The notes: generated by a model not told the origin, from the sequence alone. A stretch of 64,000 nt of DNA from Octopus sinensis (GCF_006345805.1 NC_043002.1:77252001-77316000); one strand, 5' to 3'; shown: positions 48,007 through 61,197, counted from the first letter of the stretch. Translations and numbers: made by a program.

Positions 48007-48041
<35 letters not shown>

Positions 48042-50302
48042 TACATACATATAGACATATATATATACTCACACACACATGTATATATACACATATATAT
48101 ACATATATATATTTATAAAGATGTAGATATATCTTTTAGGTATGTAGTTGTTGTAGACTGATAATACAGTTCCCAGAAGGTTTCAGTTATTAAATAATAT
48201 GGAGATGAGCTGGTATCTAGATGAAAAGCTTCTAAAGAAAACAAATCTAAATAGTAATTGAGTGATTCAACACCTTAGCCCCTTCTCTAGTCTAGCCTAT
48301 TGCACTCTATATACTATAAAAGTTTGCTTTTCTCAGTCAAGATAGGCTGCTATCAGAAAGCCTTACATAGCCATAATTACTTTACCCACATTGCAAAGCA
48401 TGTTCATTCAGTATCAGCCAAGGAATCAGATTTGCATTTTCTTTTATCATGGTATGACAAAAGAGAAATAATGCTTCAGAGGAATGTTTAAACTTCAAAG
48501 AGATTTATTCTGCTTTTGATGACTTAATCTATCAAAATAGAAGACAAGCCCTATTTTTGGCTCTATATCATCTAAGGTAAGCTTTCCATTGACCTAAAAA
48601 CACCATCCAGTTAACTGATTGGCATGATGATACTCACCAAAACACTCCAAACTTTAACCCACAGACATGTTGTCTCTTCTCTATACCTCTGCTTCTGTAA
48701 TTTCTGTTTTTCATGTGTTCTCTTCTAGCCCTCACTAACAAGTATGTCCAGTATTTCCTTCCCATAATGGTATCCCTCTAAAATTCCCTCCCTGTTCATG
48801 TCTTCCCTGTGATTAACTTGCATCAATTCAAAATGAATATTAACCATGTCAAATTCACCAGTCTCTGAAGGCCTGTGATAGCCAAGAGCACAGTCTCTTC
48901 CTCCAGACCAAATCAATAAAACAATTGTTTTTACATATATTTTTTGGTGAAGGGTTTTAGCAGAGGTAAATATACGAGGATAGATATCACATCTGGAATT
49001 TCTAGATAAGTGATTTGAGTACAAGTCTTAATCTTAGAGTTTTATATTTCATTAAATCACATGCCTATCAGATAAAGCTGGTGCAATATTTACTACTGTA
49101 ATTCCAACTATAATATACTAGATAATGTTGGTGATTATATTCTGTAAACATACATGGTTAAGAAGTAATCAACATATACACTCAAACTCCAGTAGTTAAA
49201 GATAGAATAGATATATTAATTATATATGGTTGAGCCTCACCCTCACTTCAAAGGAAGCATGGATCTACTTCTGACAAGAGTAGTCTGTAAGAACTGATGC
49301 AGCTTCCTGTCCAAGAAAAATAAAAACAGAAATCAAGTAGAGTAGCCATGTTGCCTCTCCTTGACCTGTCGGTAAGACAAGAAGTAAAGGAAGGGCAGGA
49401 TGTACAGGATAATAATGGTGATAGTCATATAATGATTGCGGTGAAGATGTAAAAATACAACAGCAAATATCAGGATAAGCTAAAATTAAAACTTGTTTGT
49501 GACATAAGTGTGTGTATGAGGGTCAAAGAATTAATGAGAATCTAGTCATTAATCTACATCATCCTTGTGGGCACGCATCACAGTGTGAATTCCTGTGCTT
49601 TTTAAGTCGCATGTGTATGCATGTGGAGAGGATGGAGGGCGTGGGATTTAGGAAAGGAACTGAACCACTAATAATTAGGCTGTGCATTAGCTGTACAATG
49701 ACTACTTAGCATGTACTTCCCTCTTTTACAGTCAACACCTAAATTTGAAATACACATCACTTGACATATCTATTCTTTATATAGAAACAATAAAGTTCTA
49801 TTTCAGTTGAATTTATTTGTTTATATTATACTTTTATTGGGTTCAGCTATTGGACAGCTGCCTTGCACACTTGCAACAAACTTCAAGGGTTTTTAGTGGA
49901 TTATATCACCCCTGCCCTCAGTAATTTTTTTATTTTAGTACCTTTTTAATTAATCTATATTTCCTGAACCTCTAAGCTATAGGACTTAAAGGGACACAGC
50001 ATAAGTAACAATACTAGTTTGCATTCTGGGTTCAGTCCCACTGCGTGTCACCTTGGGCCAGTGTCTTCTATTATAGCCTCAGGCTGACCAAAGCCTTGTG
50101 AGTGGATTTCGTAGATGGAAACTGAAAGCTCAGACTCTTGGAAGTTTGATAAGTGTATGACGCAAAACCGGTACACCCAGTTTATTATATAATGTTGTAA
50201 TACAAATCTTTGTTCCATTATGATCTTAGTAATAGCGTAAATTTTATTATACAAACCTCCTGAGCATTTTTACATATTTTTCTTTCTTAAATATATATAT
50301 TA

Positions 50303-50333
<31 letters not shown>

Positions 50334-50345
50334 TATATATATATA

Positions 50346-51158
50346 CTAGCAGTATTGCCTGGCTCCTGCGTTCTATGCACACGCAAATTAAGCTAAAGTT
50401 TGATGAAGTTCAATCAAAATTCAATTATTTTGGTTTTAAAATCAAGCATTTAATGCCCTCTATTTTTGCGCTTATGTGTTCCATTTCCTCCATAGGAAGT
50501 ACATAGAAGTGTTTCATAAATTTTTGTTGATCAAATAATTGCATTGTTGAATTATTCTTTTAGATCAGTATTTCTCAATGGGGATTTCAGGGGAGAGTTT
50601 CAGGGAGTCGCTGGCGATGTATCGTGATGATCAAAAATCTGGCCTGCTAAAATTTGGTTAAAGTGATTCAAACTACAGACTCAATGCAAAATGGTCACAT
50701 TTAGTTCAAAGCGTTAAAAATGTTATGTAAACAATTGGTATGTGTTCACAAAGTCCAAATGATTAATACGAAAAAACCCTCCAGGCTACATCCCGAAAAT
50801 TCATTTCTTTGCCGAATTTCTACAATGTTTATGGCGATTCGTTTTTATATCTTGATTTTTTATTTTTCATGCAATTTACGCATGCTTGCACGCATGGTGA
50901 ACAAGTTCACGTCAAACAGCTGACTGAGTAAAGTTCACTATTCAATGCATGGGATAAGGCCTAAACAAACACATTATCGATTTTTGCACTTGCGAGATGA
51001 ATTTCGGAACAAAAATAGTGCAGTTCAATTTTCATTCGCCTAAACTTTAAGTGACCCATTTTTGGTGGTTCTACGATTTGTTGGCTAGGAGAAGATGTGC
51101 CGGGAAGTTAAACACACAGACACACACAGACACACAAGTTGAGTTTTATATATATAGA
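50346..51158 (-). mobile_element. Complete non-autonomous Helitron (813 bp)
   Basis: The minus strand begins TCTATATATATAAAA at 51158 and ends CTAG at 50346. It is inserted between A and T with no TSD. A subterminal hairpin TGCGT/ACGCA lies at 50367-50385, and a (GTGTCT)n tract is near the 5' end. Confidence 0.8.
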
Positions 51159-51219
51159 TATATACACACACACACATATATATATACATCTATATATATA
51201 TATGTATATATATATATAC

Positions 51220-51270
<51 letters not shown>

Positions 51271-51289
51271 TATGTGTGTATATATGTGT

Positions 51290-51515
51290 ATGCGTGTGTG
51301 TGTGTGTATGTTTGTGTGTCTGTGTTTGTCCTCTCAACATCGCTTGACAACCGATGCTGATGTGTTTATGTCTCCGTAACTTAGCGGTTCGTCAAAAGAG
51401 ACCGATAGAATAAGTACTAGGCTTACAAAGAATAAGTCTTGGAGTCAGTTTGCTCAACTAAATGTGGTGCTCCAGCATGGCCACAGTCAAATGACTGAAA
51501 TGAGTAAAAGAATAA
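51290..51515 (+). mobile_element. SINE family A 3' module only
   Basis: TGTGTTTGTCC...TTGACAACCGATGCTG...CAGTCAAATGACTGAAA. Confidence 0.75.
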
Positions 51516-51696
51516 TAGAATACTTGCATACAAACTGGCTTCTGTACAGTTTCCATCTTCCAAATTTCACTCTCAAAACATTAGTCAGCCTAAGATTGTA
51601 GTAAAAGATATTTGCCGAAAGCACTGTGTAGTGAAACTGAATTTGAAAGCAAAGTTCTTAACACATGCCCATTATTATTATTATTATTACTATTAC

Positions 51697-51739
<43 letters not shown>

Positions 51740-51878
51740 TGAATTCAAATTCCACCAAGGTTGACTTTGCCTTTCATCCTTTCAGGGTCAATGATACAAG
51801 TACCAGTTAAGCTTGGGGTGGGGGTGGGGGTCAATGTAACCAACTTACCCCTCCGACAAAATTTAGTAGAAAGGATTC

Positions 51879-52600
51879 ATCATCATCATCATCATCATCG
51901 ATAAATGTCTGTTTTCCATGCTGGCATGGGTTGGACGGTTTGACTGAGGTCTGGAGAGCCTGTGGTTGCACCAGGCTCCAGTCTGGTCTGGCAGAGTTTC
52001 TACAGCTGGATGCCCTTCCAAATGCCAACCATTCCAAGAGTGTAGTGGGTACTTTTTACGTGCCACAGGCACAGGAGCCAGTAAGGCGGGCCTGGCAACG
52101 ATCACTTTCAGATGGTGCTTTTTACATGCCACTGGCACAGGAGCCAGTCAGCGGGTACTGGCATTGGTCATGATCGGTTGGTGCTTTTTACATGCCACCA
52201 GCACTGGAGCCAGTAAGGCAGGCCTGGCAATAAACACGTTCGGATGGTGCTTTTTACATGCCACTAGCACAGGTGCCAGTCAGCAGGTTGGTGCTTTTTA
52301 TGTGCCACCAGCACTGGAGCTAGTAAGGTGGACCTAACAAGAACACATTTTGATGGTGCTTTTTACATGCCACCAGTACAGGAACTGGTCAGGCAGACCT
52401 GGCATTGACCACATTCGGATGGTACTTTTCACGTGCCATTGGCACAAGAGTCAGCCAGAGAGCATCAGCCCCAGCTACGATATTGGTTTCACTTGAATCA
52501 ACAGGTCATCTCAAGCATATCATATCGTCCAATGTATCAGGAGTATTCTTAACAGGGTTGGACATGCATGGCTGCGATCTCACTTTAGTTGCCAGGGCAG
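51879..52600 (-). mobile_element. RTE-like LINE 3' end with a ~65-bp tandem array (about 7 units) and decayed ORF C-terminus
   Basis: The tail is at 51879-52040 and the array at 52045-52460. The minus strand at 52490-52540 reads GRYDMLEMTC*FK* (compare WRYAVLEKTRQAK*). Confidence 0.75.
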
Positions 52601-52942
52601 AATCCTTAGCATGCCGGTAAAATGCTTAGCGGTATTTCATCTAAAATATTATTATCAAATTTCACTATGGGCTATTTACTTGATAAGCTTAATTCATCAC
52701 CTGGTTTAATATAAGCCTAACTTGGCATTTTGGGTACCTTTAGAAGAGACCACTCCATTGCAAGCTTTTGGACCAGATTTCCAGTTTGAGGGTACATTGC
52801 TCCCTCCAATCAGTTTCATATCCTCTGTAAAAACTTCATGGTTACGGCCTTTCTGCCAGACTATGTTTATCAGGTTTCACTCATTGGACTGTGGCCACCT
52901 TGAAAGGTTTAGCCAAACAAATCAACCTCAGTACTTATTATT

Positions 52943-53205
52943 ACATTTACATCATCATCATCATCATCAGTAGCAGCATAATTTAACATCTGTTTTCCAT
53001 GCTGGCATGGGTTGGACAGTTTGACAGGACCTGGCAAGCCAGAGGGCTGCACCAGGCTCCAATTGTCTGTTTTGGTATGGTTTCTATGACTGGATACCCT
53101 TCCTAACACCAATCACTTTACAAAGTGTACTGGGTACTTTTTATGTGGCACTGATGCAAGTTCTTTTGCTGTAGCACTGGCACAGGTACCTTTTACATGG
53201 CACCA
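52943..53205 (-). mobile_element. RTE-like LINE 3' end
   Basis: Family tail. Confidence 0.7.
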
Positions 53206-53219
53206 TATATATATATATA

Positions 53220-53290
<71 letters not shown>

Positions 53291-53300
53291 ATATATATAT

Positions 53301-53600
53301 GGAGGCGCAATGGCCCAGTGGTTAGGGCAGCGGACTCACGGTTGTAGGATCGCGGTTTCAACTCCCAGACCGGGCGTTGTGAGTGTTTATTGAGTGAAAA
53401 CACCTAAAGCTCCACGAGGTTCCAACAGGGGGTGGTGGCGAACCCTGCTGTACTCTTTCGCCACAACTTTCTCTCACTCTTTCTTCTGTTGGTCTGCTCG
53501 CTTAGCCAGCGGGGTGGCATCATTTGAAGGCTAAAACAATGTGAAGCGCATTGTGATCAGCGATGTGTAGCAACATCTGATAGCCTGGTCGGTCGCGGTG
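53301..53600 (+). mobile_element. tRNA-derived SINE, family E (CpG-rich, young)
   Basis: GGAGGCGCAATGGCCCAGTGGTTAGGGCAGCGGACTC...CGGTTTCAACTCCCAGACCGGG, with A- and B-box-like motifs and a CORE-like segment. Confidence 0.75.
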
Positions 53601-53988
53601 ATATATATATATATATATGTATGTATATATGTATGTATGTATATATACACATATAGGATGAGCTTTCACAGTTTCTGTCCACCAAATTCACTCACAAGGT
53701 ATTGGTCAGTCTTGTGGGTTGTCATTGAAGACACTTGCCCAAGATACCATGCAGCTGGACTGAACCTAAAGCCATATGATTGCAAAGTGAGATTCTTAAC
53801 CATGCAGCTACACCTGCATCTACTAAATCAGTGGTTCTCGACTAGGGCCCATTTAGGATTTGGGCGTGGGATGGGGAGTAGAACCCGCAATAGTATTTTA
53901 AGGGCTCCTGAAAAAATCTTGCTTTAGATGTACGTTTTGGTATGTATTGCAAGAAACATATAGGTTTCTTTCTCAAATATTTTACATA

Positions 53989-54150
53989 GGCGTAGGAGTG
54001 GCTGTGTGGTAAGTAGCTTGCTTACCAACCACATCGTTCCGGGTTCAGTCCCACTGTGTGGCACCTCGGGCAAGTGTCTTCTACTTTAGCCTCAGGCCAA
54101 CCAAAACCTTGTGAGTGGATTTGTTAGAAGGAAACTGAAAGAAGCCCATC

Positions 54151-54196
<46 letters not shown>

Positions 54197-54420
54197 GTAT
54201 GTGTGTATATGTTTGTGTGTCTGTGTTTGTCCCCCCAACATCGCTTGACAACCGATGCTGGTGTGTTTATGTCCCAGTAACTTAGCAGTTCAGCAAAAGA
54301 GACCAATAGAATAAGTACTAGGCTTCCAAAGAATAAGTCCTGGGATCGATTTGCTCGACTAAAGGCGGTACTCCAGCATGGCCACAGTCAAATGACTGAA
54401 AGAAGTAAAGAGTAAAGAGT
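53989..54420 (+). mobile_element. SINE family A, full length
   Basis: Full head and tail, ending GTAAAGAGTAAAGAGT. Confidence 0.9.
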
Positions 54421-54749
54421 TCAACTTACACATGTTAATGTGTGAAAAACAAAATGGGAATCTTGAAAGAAGTTTATATAAAACTAGTTTTTAAACAACA
54501 AATGGCTATAAGGGTCCACCAGAATAAAATAGTAATCGAAGGGGTCCATTACATTTTGAGTTCAAATCCCATGTGGGTTAGCTTCACTCTGCAGCAAAAG
54601 AAATTCTATAAAATACCAGTCAGCTGAATCCTTCCTTTAAAATTATGTAGCCACTTGTCGATGTAAGAAATAACTAGTAGAGAAGTAGGTGATGGAATCG
54701 GTAGAGTGCTGGACAAATTTCCTCCCTTATTTTAATTACATGTAAAGAT

Positions 54750-55275
54750 GCATGGCCCAGTGGTTTGGGTTTTGCAACTCACAATCATAGTTTTGATTCC
54801 CAGACTGGGTGGTGTGTTTGTGTTCTTGAACAAAACGTTTCATTTCATGTTGCTCCAGTTCACTCACCTGTAAATTAGTTTCAATAGCTGAGAAGTTAAC
54901 CCTATAATGGACAGGTATCCTGTTCAGTGGGGTGGGGAGCATAGTAATCTTAGTCACCTATAGGCCATGAAACCAGGTTCAGCTCTGACCGACCATATGA
55001 GTACTAAGGTTCATGACAGACCTTATTTACAGCCCCAATGGAGGTTTGTGGCTTAGTGGTTAAGGGTATTGGACTCATGATTGTAAGATCATGGTTTCAA
55101 TTCCTGGACCAGGTGACACGTGGGCTTGAGCAAAAATTTTTATTTCACATTGCTGGTAAAAATGAGTCATCTTGCGACAGACTGGCGTCCCATCCAGCTG
55201 GGAATGTATACACCAGAGAAACTGGGAAACCGGTCCTGTGTGTCTGTATGACTCAAGAAGGACCTTTATCCTTAT
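54750..55275 (+). mobile_element. Two adjacent family D-like SINEs (~54750-55025, ~55040-55275)
   Basis: A boxes TGGCCCAGTGG and TGGCTTAGTGG, B-box-like TTTTGATTCCC and GGTTTCAATTCC, and CORE-like segments. Confidence 0.65.
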
Positions 55276-56623
55276 CCTTAATTACATCCCTTATAAAATT
55301 GACAAAATATATACCTTTCGGTTGATACCTCCCTAAAGTTTCCTTAAAGTTTATGACCCATTAGAAATTATTATGCTAGGAAAAAATAATTTAATATTAG
55401 ACAAAAAACATGATTAATGTTCCCTAATTTTTTATATATTTATATATTTATATATTTTTATTCCGCTATTTCGCCACGACTGGAACAACACGAAGTTTCC
55501 TTGATGTTCTTTAACCCCCAGGTCAATATTGATCCAGATTACCGTTCTAGTTGTGACCATCCTATCTATTTTTTTCTATTTTTTTTTCATGCATTGCGCA
55601 TCCGGGACAACATTGTAAAATGTGTACTTCCTTGTTTATGACAAAGGAGTGTAATTTGGTGAGTGTTGGCTGTTATTTCTAGCAGGCCGAACGGCCACGT
55701 AGAGGACCCAGCTGTTTAGGGAATGTATACAACTACATACACACACATCATGATGACGACGGTGGCGGTGGCACCAGTAGTAGTTGTAGATGTTATTGTG
55801 ATGAAAAAACAAACCTTACCACGATTTTAAAAGTAAGCGTCCCCTTCGCTTACGTAGATGAAATTATCCAGTCGTAGAACACTTCATATTGATTGACGAG
55901 TCCATTTAACGAGAGGAGGGGAGCGGCTACAAATTGTTTACTACCTCCTTTCTCTTCGAACGATAACAGTATGGCTGCTCTCTGGAAGTGTTTCTATTTC
56001 GGAAGTGCATCTTAATAAAAAGGAAATACAGTAAAGCAGAATATTATAACACAACCAGGAATATCCCTACGCATCTAACCTGTCTTCCACTGAATAATGT
56101 CCTTAACATGGCTAGCAGACAGCCGACTTGACATGTAAGCGAAGTAGCTGGCTGAGAGAGAAAAAGAGAAAGAAAGAGTAAGTGTGTGTGTGTTTGTGGG
56201 GAAATGCTTATATTATTTAGAACTACCATATTTACACACATTACTATTTATTCAGCTCATTGAAAAATGACTTCTTACAGTAAGTTGATTTTTTATCTTC
56301 CCGTGTCTTTTCTTGCTTTCGTTTTCACCATGTCCTCGTGTTAAACAGAAAAATTACGTGGATCCACTGTTTTAATTTGTTCTTACCACGTTTCTGTTTT
56401 CTCACCGAGATGAGTCATTTTTAGAAATTTTCTTATATATTGTTATTTATTATTATTATTATTATTTCGGACACGTTTGCCTGTGTTTTTTATTACTGAT
56501 TTCATTTAGCAATTTACTTAATTTTTTCCTACTGAAAAAAATATGTCATGAAAAAAAAATAAATAGTTTTTTTTTCCCCTGATGTATGTAGTTTTTAATG
56601 TTTATTTATATTCTACGATTTAC

Positions 56624-56694
56624 GTAACTTCTCTCCATGCTCTATCTTTGTCCTCCTGTATAATTTCTACTGCCTGCATTCGTATTTTGTCCAT
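56624..56694 (-). CDS. Candidate first coding exon of a minus-strand gene (MDKIRMQAVEIIQEDKDRAWREV)
   Basis: ATG at 56694 and donor AC|GTAAAT at 56623 (phase 2). A strong minus-strand acceptor (TTCCTTTTTATTAAG|) at 56011 continues the frame as TCTSEIETLPESSHTVIVRRER before a stop or weak donor. Protein not recognised. Confidence 0.3.
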
Positions 56695-57057
56695 GAAAAA
56701 AATCGCTGTTCTTAATCTCTTGACACGCACTTTGCTGCCGCTGCTCTACATATCACTGGCTATTTTATTGAACGTGCCGCGACTGACATAACCTGCGCAA
56801 CTTGAAGACTGTTTTTTTTCGGACAGAAAACTTTCAATGTTTTTTTTTTTTTTTTTTGTAACTTCATAAATAGATATAATCTTACGGTGTATGAACCAAA
56901 TAAATTCATAGAAGTATTTTTTAAAGAAAATACTGCCTGCCGACAAATATAGTTAGAAAGAAATGAAGTAAAAGTGAAACAATTTTTATCATTTAAAAAA
57001 TTATTTCTAAACTATACTAAATAAAAAAAATTCTGTCTTGACGTTTGTGTGTGTGTG

Positions 57058-57250
57058 GAAATATGCGGTATTTCGTCTGCCTTTACGTTCTGAGTTCAAA
57101 TTCCGTCGAGGTCGACTTTGCCTTTCATCCTTTCGGGGTCGATTAAATAAGTACCAGTTACGCACTGGAGTCGATATAATCGACTTAATCTGTTTGTGTG
57201 TCCTTGTTTGTCCTCTCTGTGTTTAGCCCCTTTGTGGGCAATAAAGAAAT
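57058..57250 (+). mobile_element. SINE family B (5'-truncated, young)
   Basis: Near-consensus sequence with retained CpGs. Confidence 0.85.
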
Positions 57251-59686
57251 AATAATAATTATTATTATTATCATTACATCTCATTCATTTTGCATACATT
57301 ATTACGTTCTTGGAGTAGACCAGAAAATGCAATTGTATATAGACAGAAAATAATAGCCACTGTTAAACTTAACTTTTTGTGTTGAAAAAGAAAAATCATT
57401 TATAATAATCTCCTATTTAACACTTTTAATGTATTTTTCTCTGTTGTCACTATTCACTTAAGTAGTTTGTAATAACAACAACCCACCTATATAATCACAC
57501 GTTAAATGTAGTATTTAAGCTTAGTGGAGTATACAGTATTGATCAATCCGTACATTAATAGATGTGAGAGGGGGTTTCCTCGACACGTTCAGATCTTTGT
57601 TTACTTTTTCGTTTTACTCCGTTTTACTTATTTATTTTGTCAAAACGAGGAAAAGGAAGCGAATGACATTTCCTCCATGCAGCAGAATTCGATGTTTTTC
57701 TTTATAATTGGAATAATTAAGAAAGTTTTTCATTTTTTATTCAATTACCGTTTAAAAATTAATAGAATTATAGTCGGGTTTATACACACACACCATAAGT
57801 TTTGTCTGTATGTTAGCCGTATATGTTAATTCAATTATTTTGGCTGATGAATAAAATAATGAATAGAAACAATTGTTTTGTTTGATATGCTGTCGAGTTG
57901 GAACTTTTCAAGTTTGTGTAGCATTTTGAGAAGAGGAGGGGCTGCTGAGAGTCATGTCACCTAAAACATATGATAGCTATTTATGTAGACAGATTTCTCG
58001 AGGAAGACACCGCCCAACTTTCCTATTTCATTTAACTCGTGCTTTTCCTAATTGTTTTGAGGAAATAAATACGGAATGAATGTCCGGTAATTGCTCCGAC
58101 TCAACTGTCTCTTTTTCTCCATTGAAAGCTTACGATTAATTTTTATATACATATATTTTTTTATTCAACTCCTACTCACATATTTTCAAAATGACATGTG
58201 TGCCTGAAGTATTTCTGCCCATCTGAAATATTTCTTTGGTTTTATTCACGTTTAAGATTTTTATTCGGCTCTTCCTTATTATTAGTATGTCATTTTCATT
58301 TAGAAGCCACATTTAACGAGATGAATTGTCAGTTGGTCAAAAGTCTAAATTTTAATATCTACTCTCGACATAAGTTTTATATTTTTTTTAATAAGTTGTT
58401 TTATTTGTATATTAACACGCAAGTTATTAAGCTGTACTTGTTTGAAAAGTTATTTTATCAGAGATGGTAAAAACGATTACATCATGGCTATATTACATTA
58501 TCAATCATTTAAAATACACATTTTAAACGCACATTTACGTTGTTATTTTCATTTCTGTTTTACTATTTTGTGATATCATTATCAGTTTTCACTGTACATC
58601 AACTACCCGGTCACTGATACTTTAATATAAAATATTTTAATCAAATGAAATGTGTTTTACAATATAACTTAAAGAATTCGTTACTCGAAATAACTAGCAT
58701 ACGAAAATAGTTGTCGTATTGGATCTACCAAATTCCAAACGTGGTATCACTGGGATTCCGCCTCTTTTTAGTCAGCACCATAGACAGAACTAAACAAATA
58801 CGTTAAGTGATATATAGTCTCTTCTAGTTTTTGATCAGTCAAACCTTAGCTGACATTTGTTTCTCATTGATTCCCATGAAAGGAAATGTAAGATTAGCGA
58901 TAAGCAGAAGTAGTGATCCTTTGGGGTTTTTGGTGTTTAGTCTGTCTCGAAATATTCTAACCGGTACCATTCAGTTGTATGACCATATATTTAGAATAAG
59001 TTTATGATGGCTCCATCACTATAACTGTTAAGACAGTTGGCATGGCTGTCCTTTAGTAAACAATTACATTCTGTAGTAAAGAGTCAGTCAGTTCCATTCA
59101 GCAGCTCGGATTTCATTTTCTTCAAAGTCTGAATAGAATTTAAATTCTATGAAAATTCATGCATGTCAGTTACTCATTTACCGTTTTGCTATATGTTTCT
59201 GCTGAAATACACTGTCTTTGTTTTACATAATTTCGAAAATAATGAAGAATCTAATAAAATATCTTTCTCGTTATTAAGCTGGTGTTTTGAAACATAAATT
59301 AACCCAGAATTTTGAGGGAAGATTTTAATTTAAATTACTTTGAAATTAGAATATTGTATCTTAAAGCCAGGGGTGTTTTCAGACAGCTTGGTATCAAAAT
59401 GATTAAGTATCTTACTCACAAGTGGACCAATGTTGTTTTAAATAATAATAATTCTTTCTATTAGCTGAAGGCCCGAAATTTTGGTGGGAGGGGGCTAGTA
59501 GATTATATTGACCCCAGTGCTCAGCTGGAACTGTTTCCATTGGTACTCTGCCCCCTTAAGAATGAAAGACAGTCAAGCTTGGCAGCATTTGAACTCAGAT
59601 CATTGAGAGATGAAATGCTACTAAGAATTTTTGTCTGACATGCAAATGTTCTGCTAACTTGTCTCAATAATTATAATACTCATTAA

Positions 59687-59909
59687 CCCTTTCCAATACC
59701 AACCCAGCTGAAACTGCCTCTAGCTCTGTAGTACAAATGTCTTGTTTTCGTAAGTTTTGAATTAAAATCTTCCACCAAACCTTAGTCACAATTTATGTTC
59801 CTAACACCAGCTTAATGATAATTAAGTTATAATACTAAATTATTTGTTACATTTAGAATTAATTGAAAGAAACACAGAGCATCTCAAAATAAATATGGTA
59901 ACGAAAGGG
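59687..59909. mobile_element. piggyBac-type MITE (223 bp)
   Basis: TTAA at 59683-59686 and 59910-59913; TIRs CCCTTTCCAATACCA / TGGTAACGAAAGGG. Confidence 0.85.
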
Positions 59910-59913
59910 TTAA

Positions 59914-60130
59914 GATGGCAAGCGGGCAGAATCGTTAGCATGCTGGGCAAAATGCTTAGCAGCATTTCATCCGTCTTTACGTTCTAAGTTCAAATTCCTC
60001 CAAGGTCAACTTCACCTTTCATCCTTTCAGGGTTGATAAGATAAATACAAGTTAAGCACAGGGGTTGATGTAATTGACGTATACCCACCACCACCCCGCC
60101 CTCTAAAATGTCAGGCCTTGTGCCAAAATT
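59914..60130 (+). mobile_element. SINE family B (an antisense decayed copy lies at ~59470-59670)
   Basis: Head GATGGCAAGCGGGCAGAATCGTTAGCATG through CAGGCCTTGTGCC. Confidence 0.75.
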
Positions 60131-60825
60131 TTAAATAAACGCAAAATATCAAAAATGTTGATAAAAGCTGGATTAAAATATAGTCTAGACTGGAGAAAAC
60201 CTAATGGCATTTGAAGAATTAATCCATTTCAGTTCTTGTAAAGCATACAGATGTTACCGTTCAAAGAATGGCCATCTAAACTGGACCCGTTATTGTCACC
60301 CTATTAACTAATGATAAATTTAAGTCTCAGTGGAATACTGAATAATATGGAGATTAGGGTTGTCATAATAAGGCTTTTGTTCTCTTTAAGAAACATATTA
60401 CTGGGCCATCTGTTGTGTTCATTATTCTACTGTCAGAGCTGTTGTATCAGTTTCTATGATCTTGCCAGTGAATGAGTCTGATACAGTCAATCAGCCTGTT
60501 AGAAATAGTAGTCAAATCACAACATGCCATAAAAGTAATAAGACAGATTGGAGGGGAAAATACATTAGACAACATAAGGTAAACTATACCTGAAGAAATA
60601 GTGAAATGATCACAGCTGGAATGCCCTTGTTTATAATCTGCTTCATCAGGGATATCTTGGGGAGAAAAAAACAGCAATTAGAGATCATTCTGTGTTTATG
60701 TTAGGTGGGGGGATATTGTATGAAGGGTGCATTTGTTTCAGTCTCAAAGCTTAAATTCTTGTTTTTATACAAAAGTTTTAGAGATTTCTTCAATAAGCAA
60801 GGATTTCTTCACCTCTTCAATATAT

Positions 60826-61138
60826 AGCGTCAGGAAGGGCATCCAGCTGTAGAAACTCTGCCAGATCAAGATTGAAGCCTGGTGCAGCCATCTGGTTTGC
60901 CAGCCCTCAGTCATACGTCCAACCCATGCTAGCATGGAAAGCGGACGTTAAACGATGATGATGATAAACACTGAATTATGATCTTGTACTTTCATGGAAT
61001 ATGTGTCTGCTGTATTCTGAAATGTAAATGGATAATGTACTTAGACTTGGGTAACATGTCCAAACTGTCTAATTTTACAGATGCAAGCTTATACTCATCA
61101 CAGGCATACAGTGTCACAGTTTACAACATTCATTGGTA

Positions 61139-61197
<59 letters not shown>

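Larger units (their letters stand above)
55450..58800. promoter_or_regulatory. CpG-retaining, promoter-like region
   Basis: CpG is visibly more frequent than in flanking unique DNA (not quantified). It has tandem ETS-like GGAAGTG sites (55984-56008), AACATGGC (~56106), a GC-box-like CCGCCC (~58010) and several strong splice donors on both strands. Confidence 0.45.

Noticed and set aside
48300-49024. ORFs 48300-48491 (+) and 48725-49024 (-) near good acceptor-like sequences
   Set aside because: The peptides are not recognisable and there are no consistent donor or phase partners.
52045-52460. CRISPR-like repeat/spacer pattern
   Set aside because: The spacers are homologous to each other and alternate between two types, the array lies inside a LINE 3' UTR repeated across the window, the context is eukaryotic and there are no cas genes.
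57838-57880. CTGATGA...GAAAC-AATT-GTT with palindromic helix III
   Set aside because: The 15 nt between the core halves cannot form helix II and helix I is only G.U pairs; at best an unrecognisably decayed relic.
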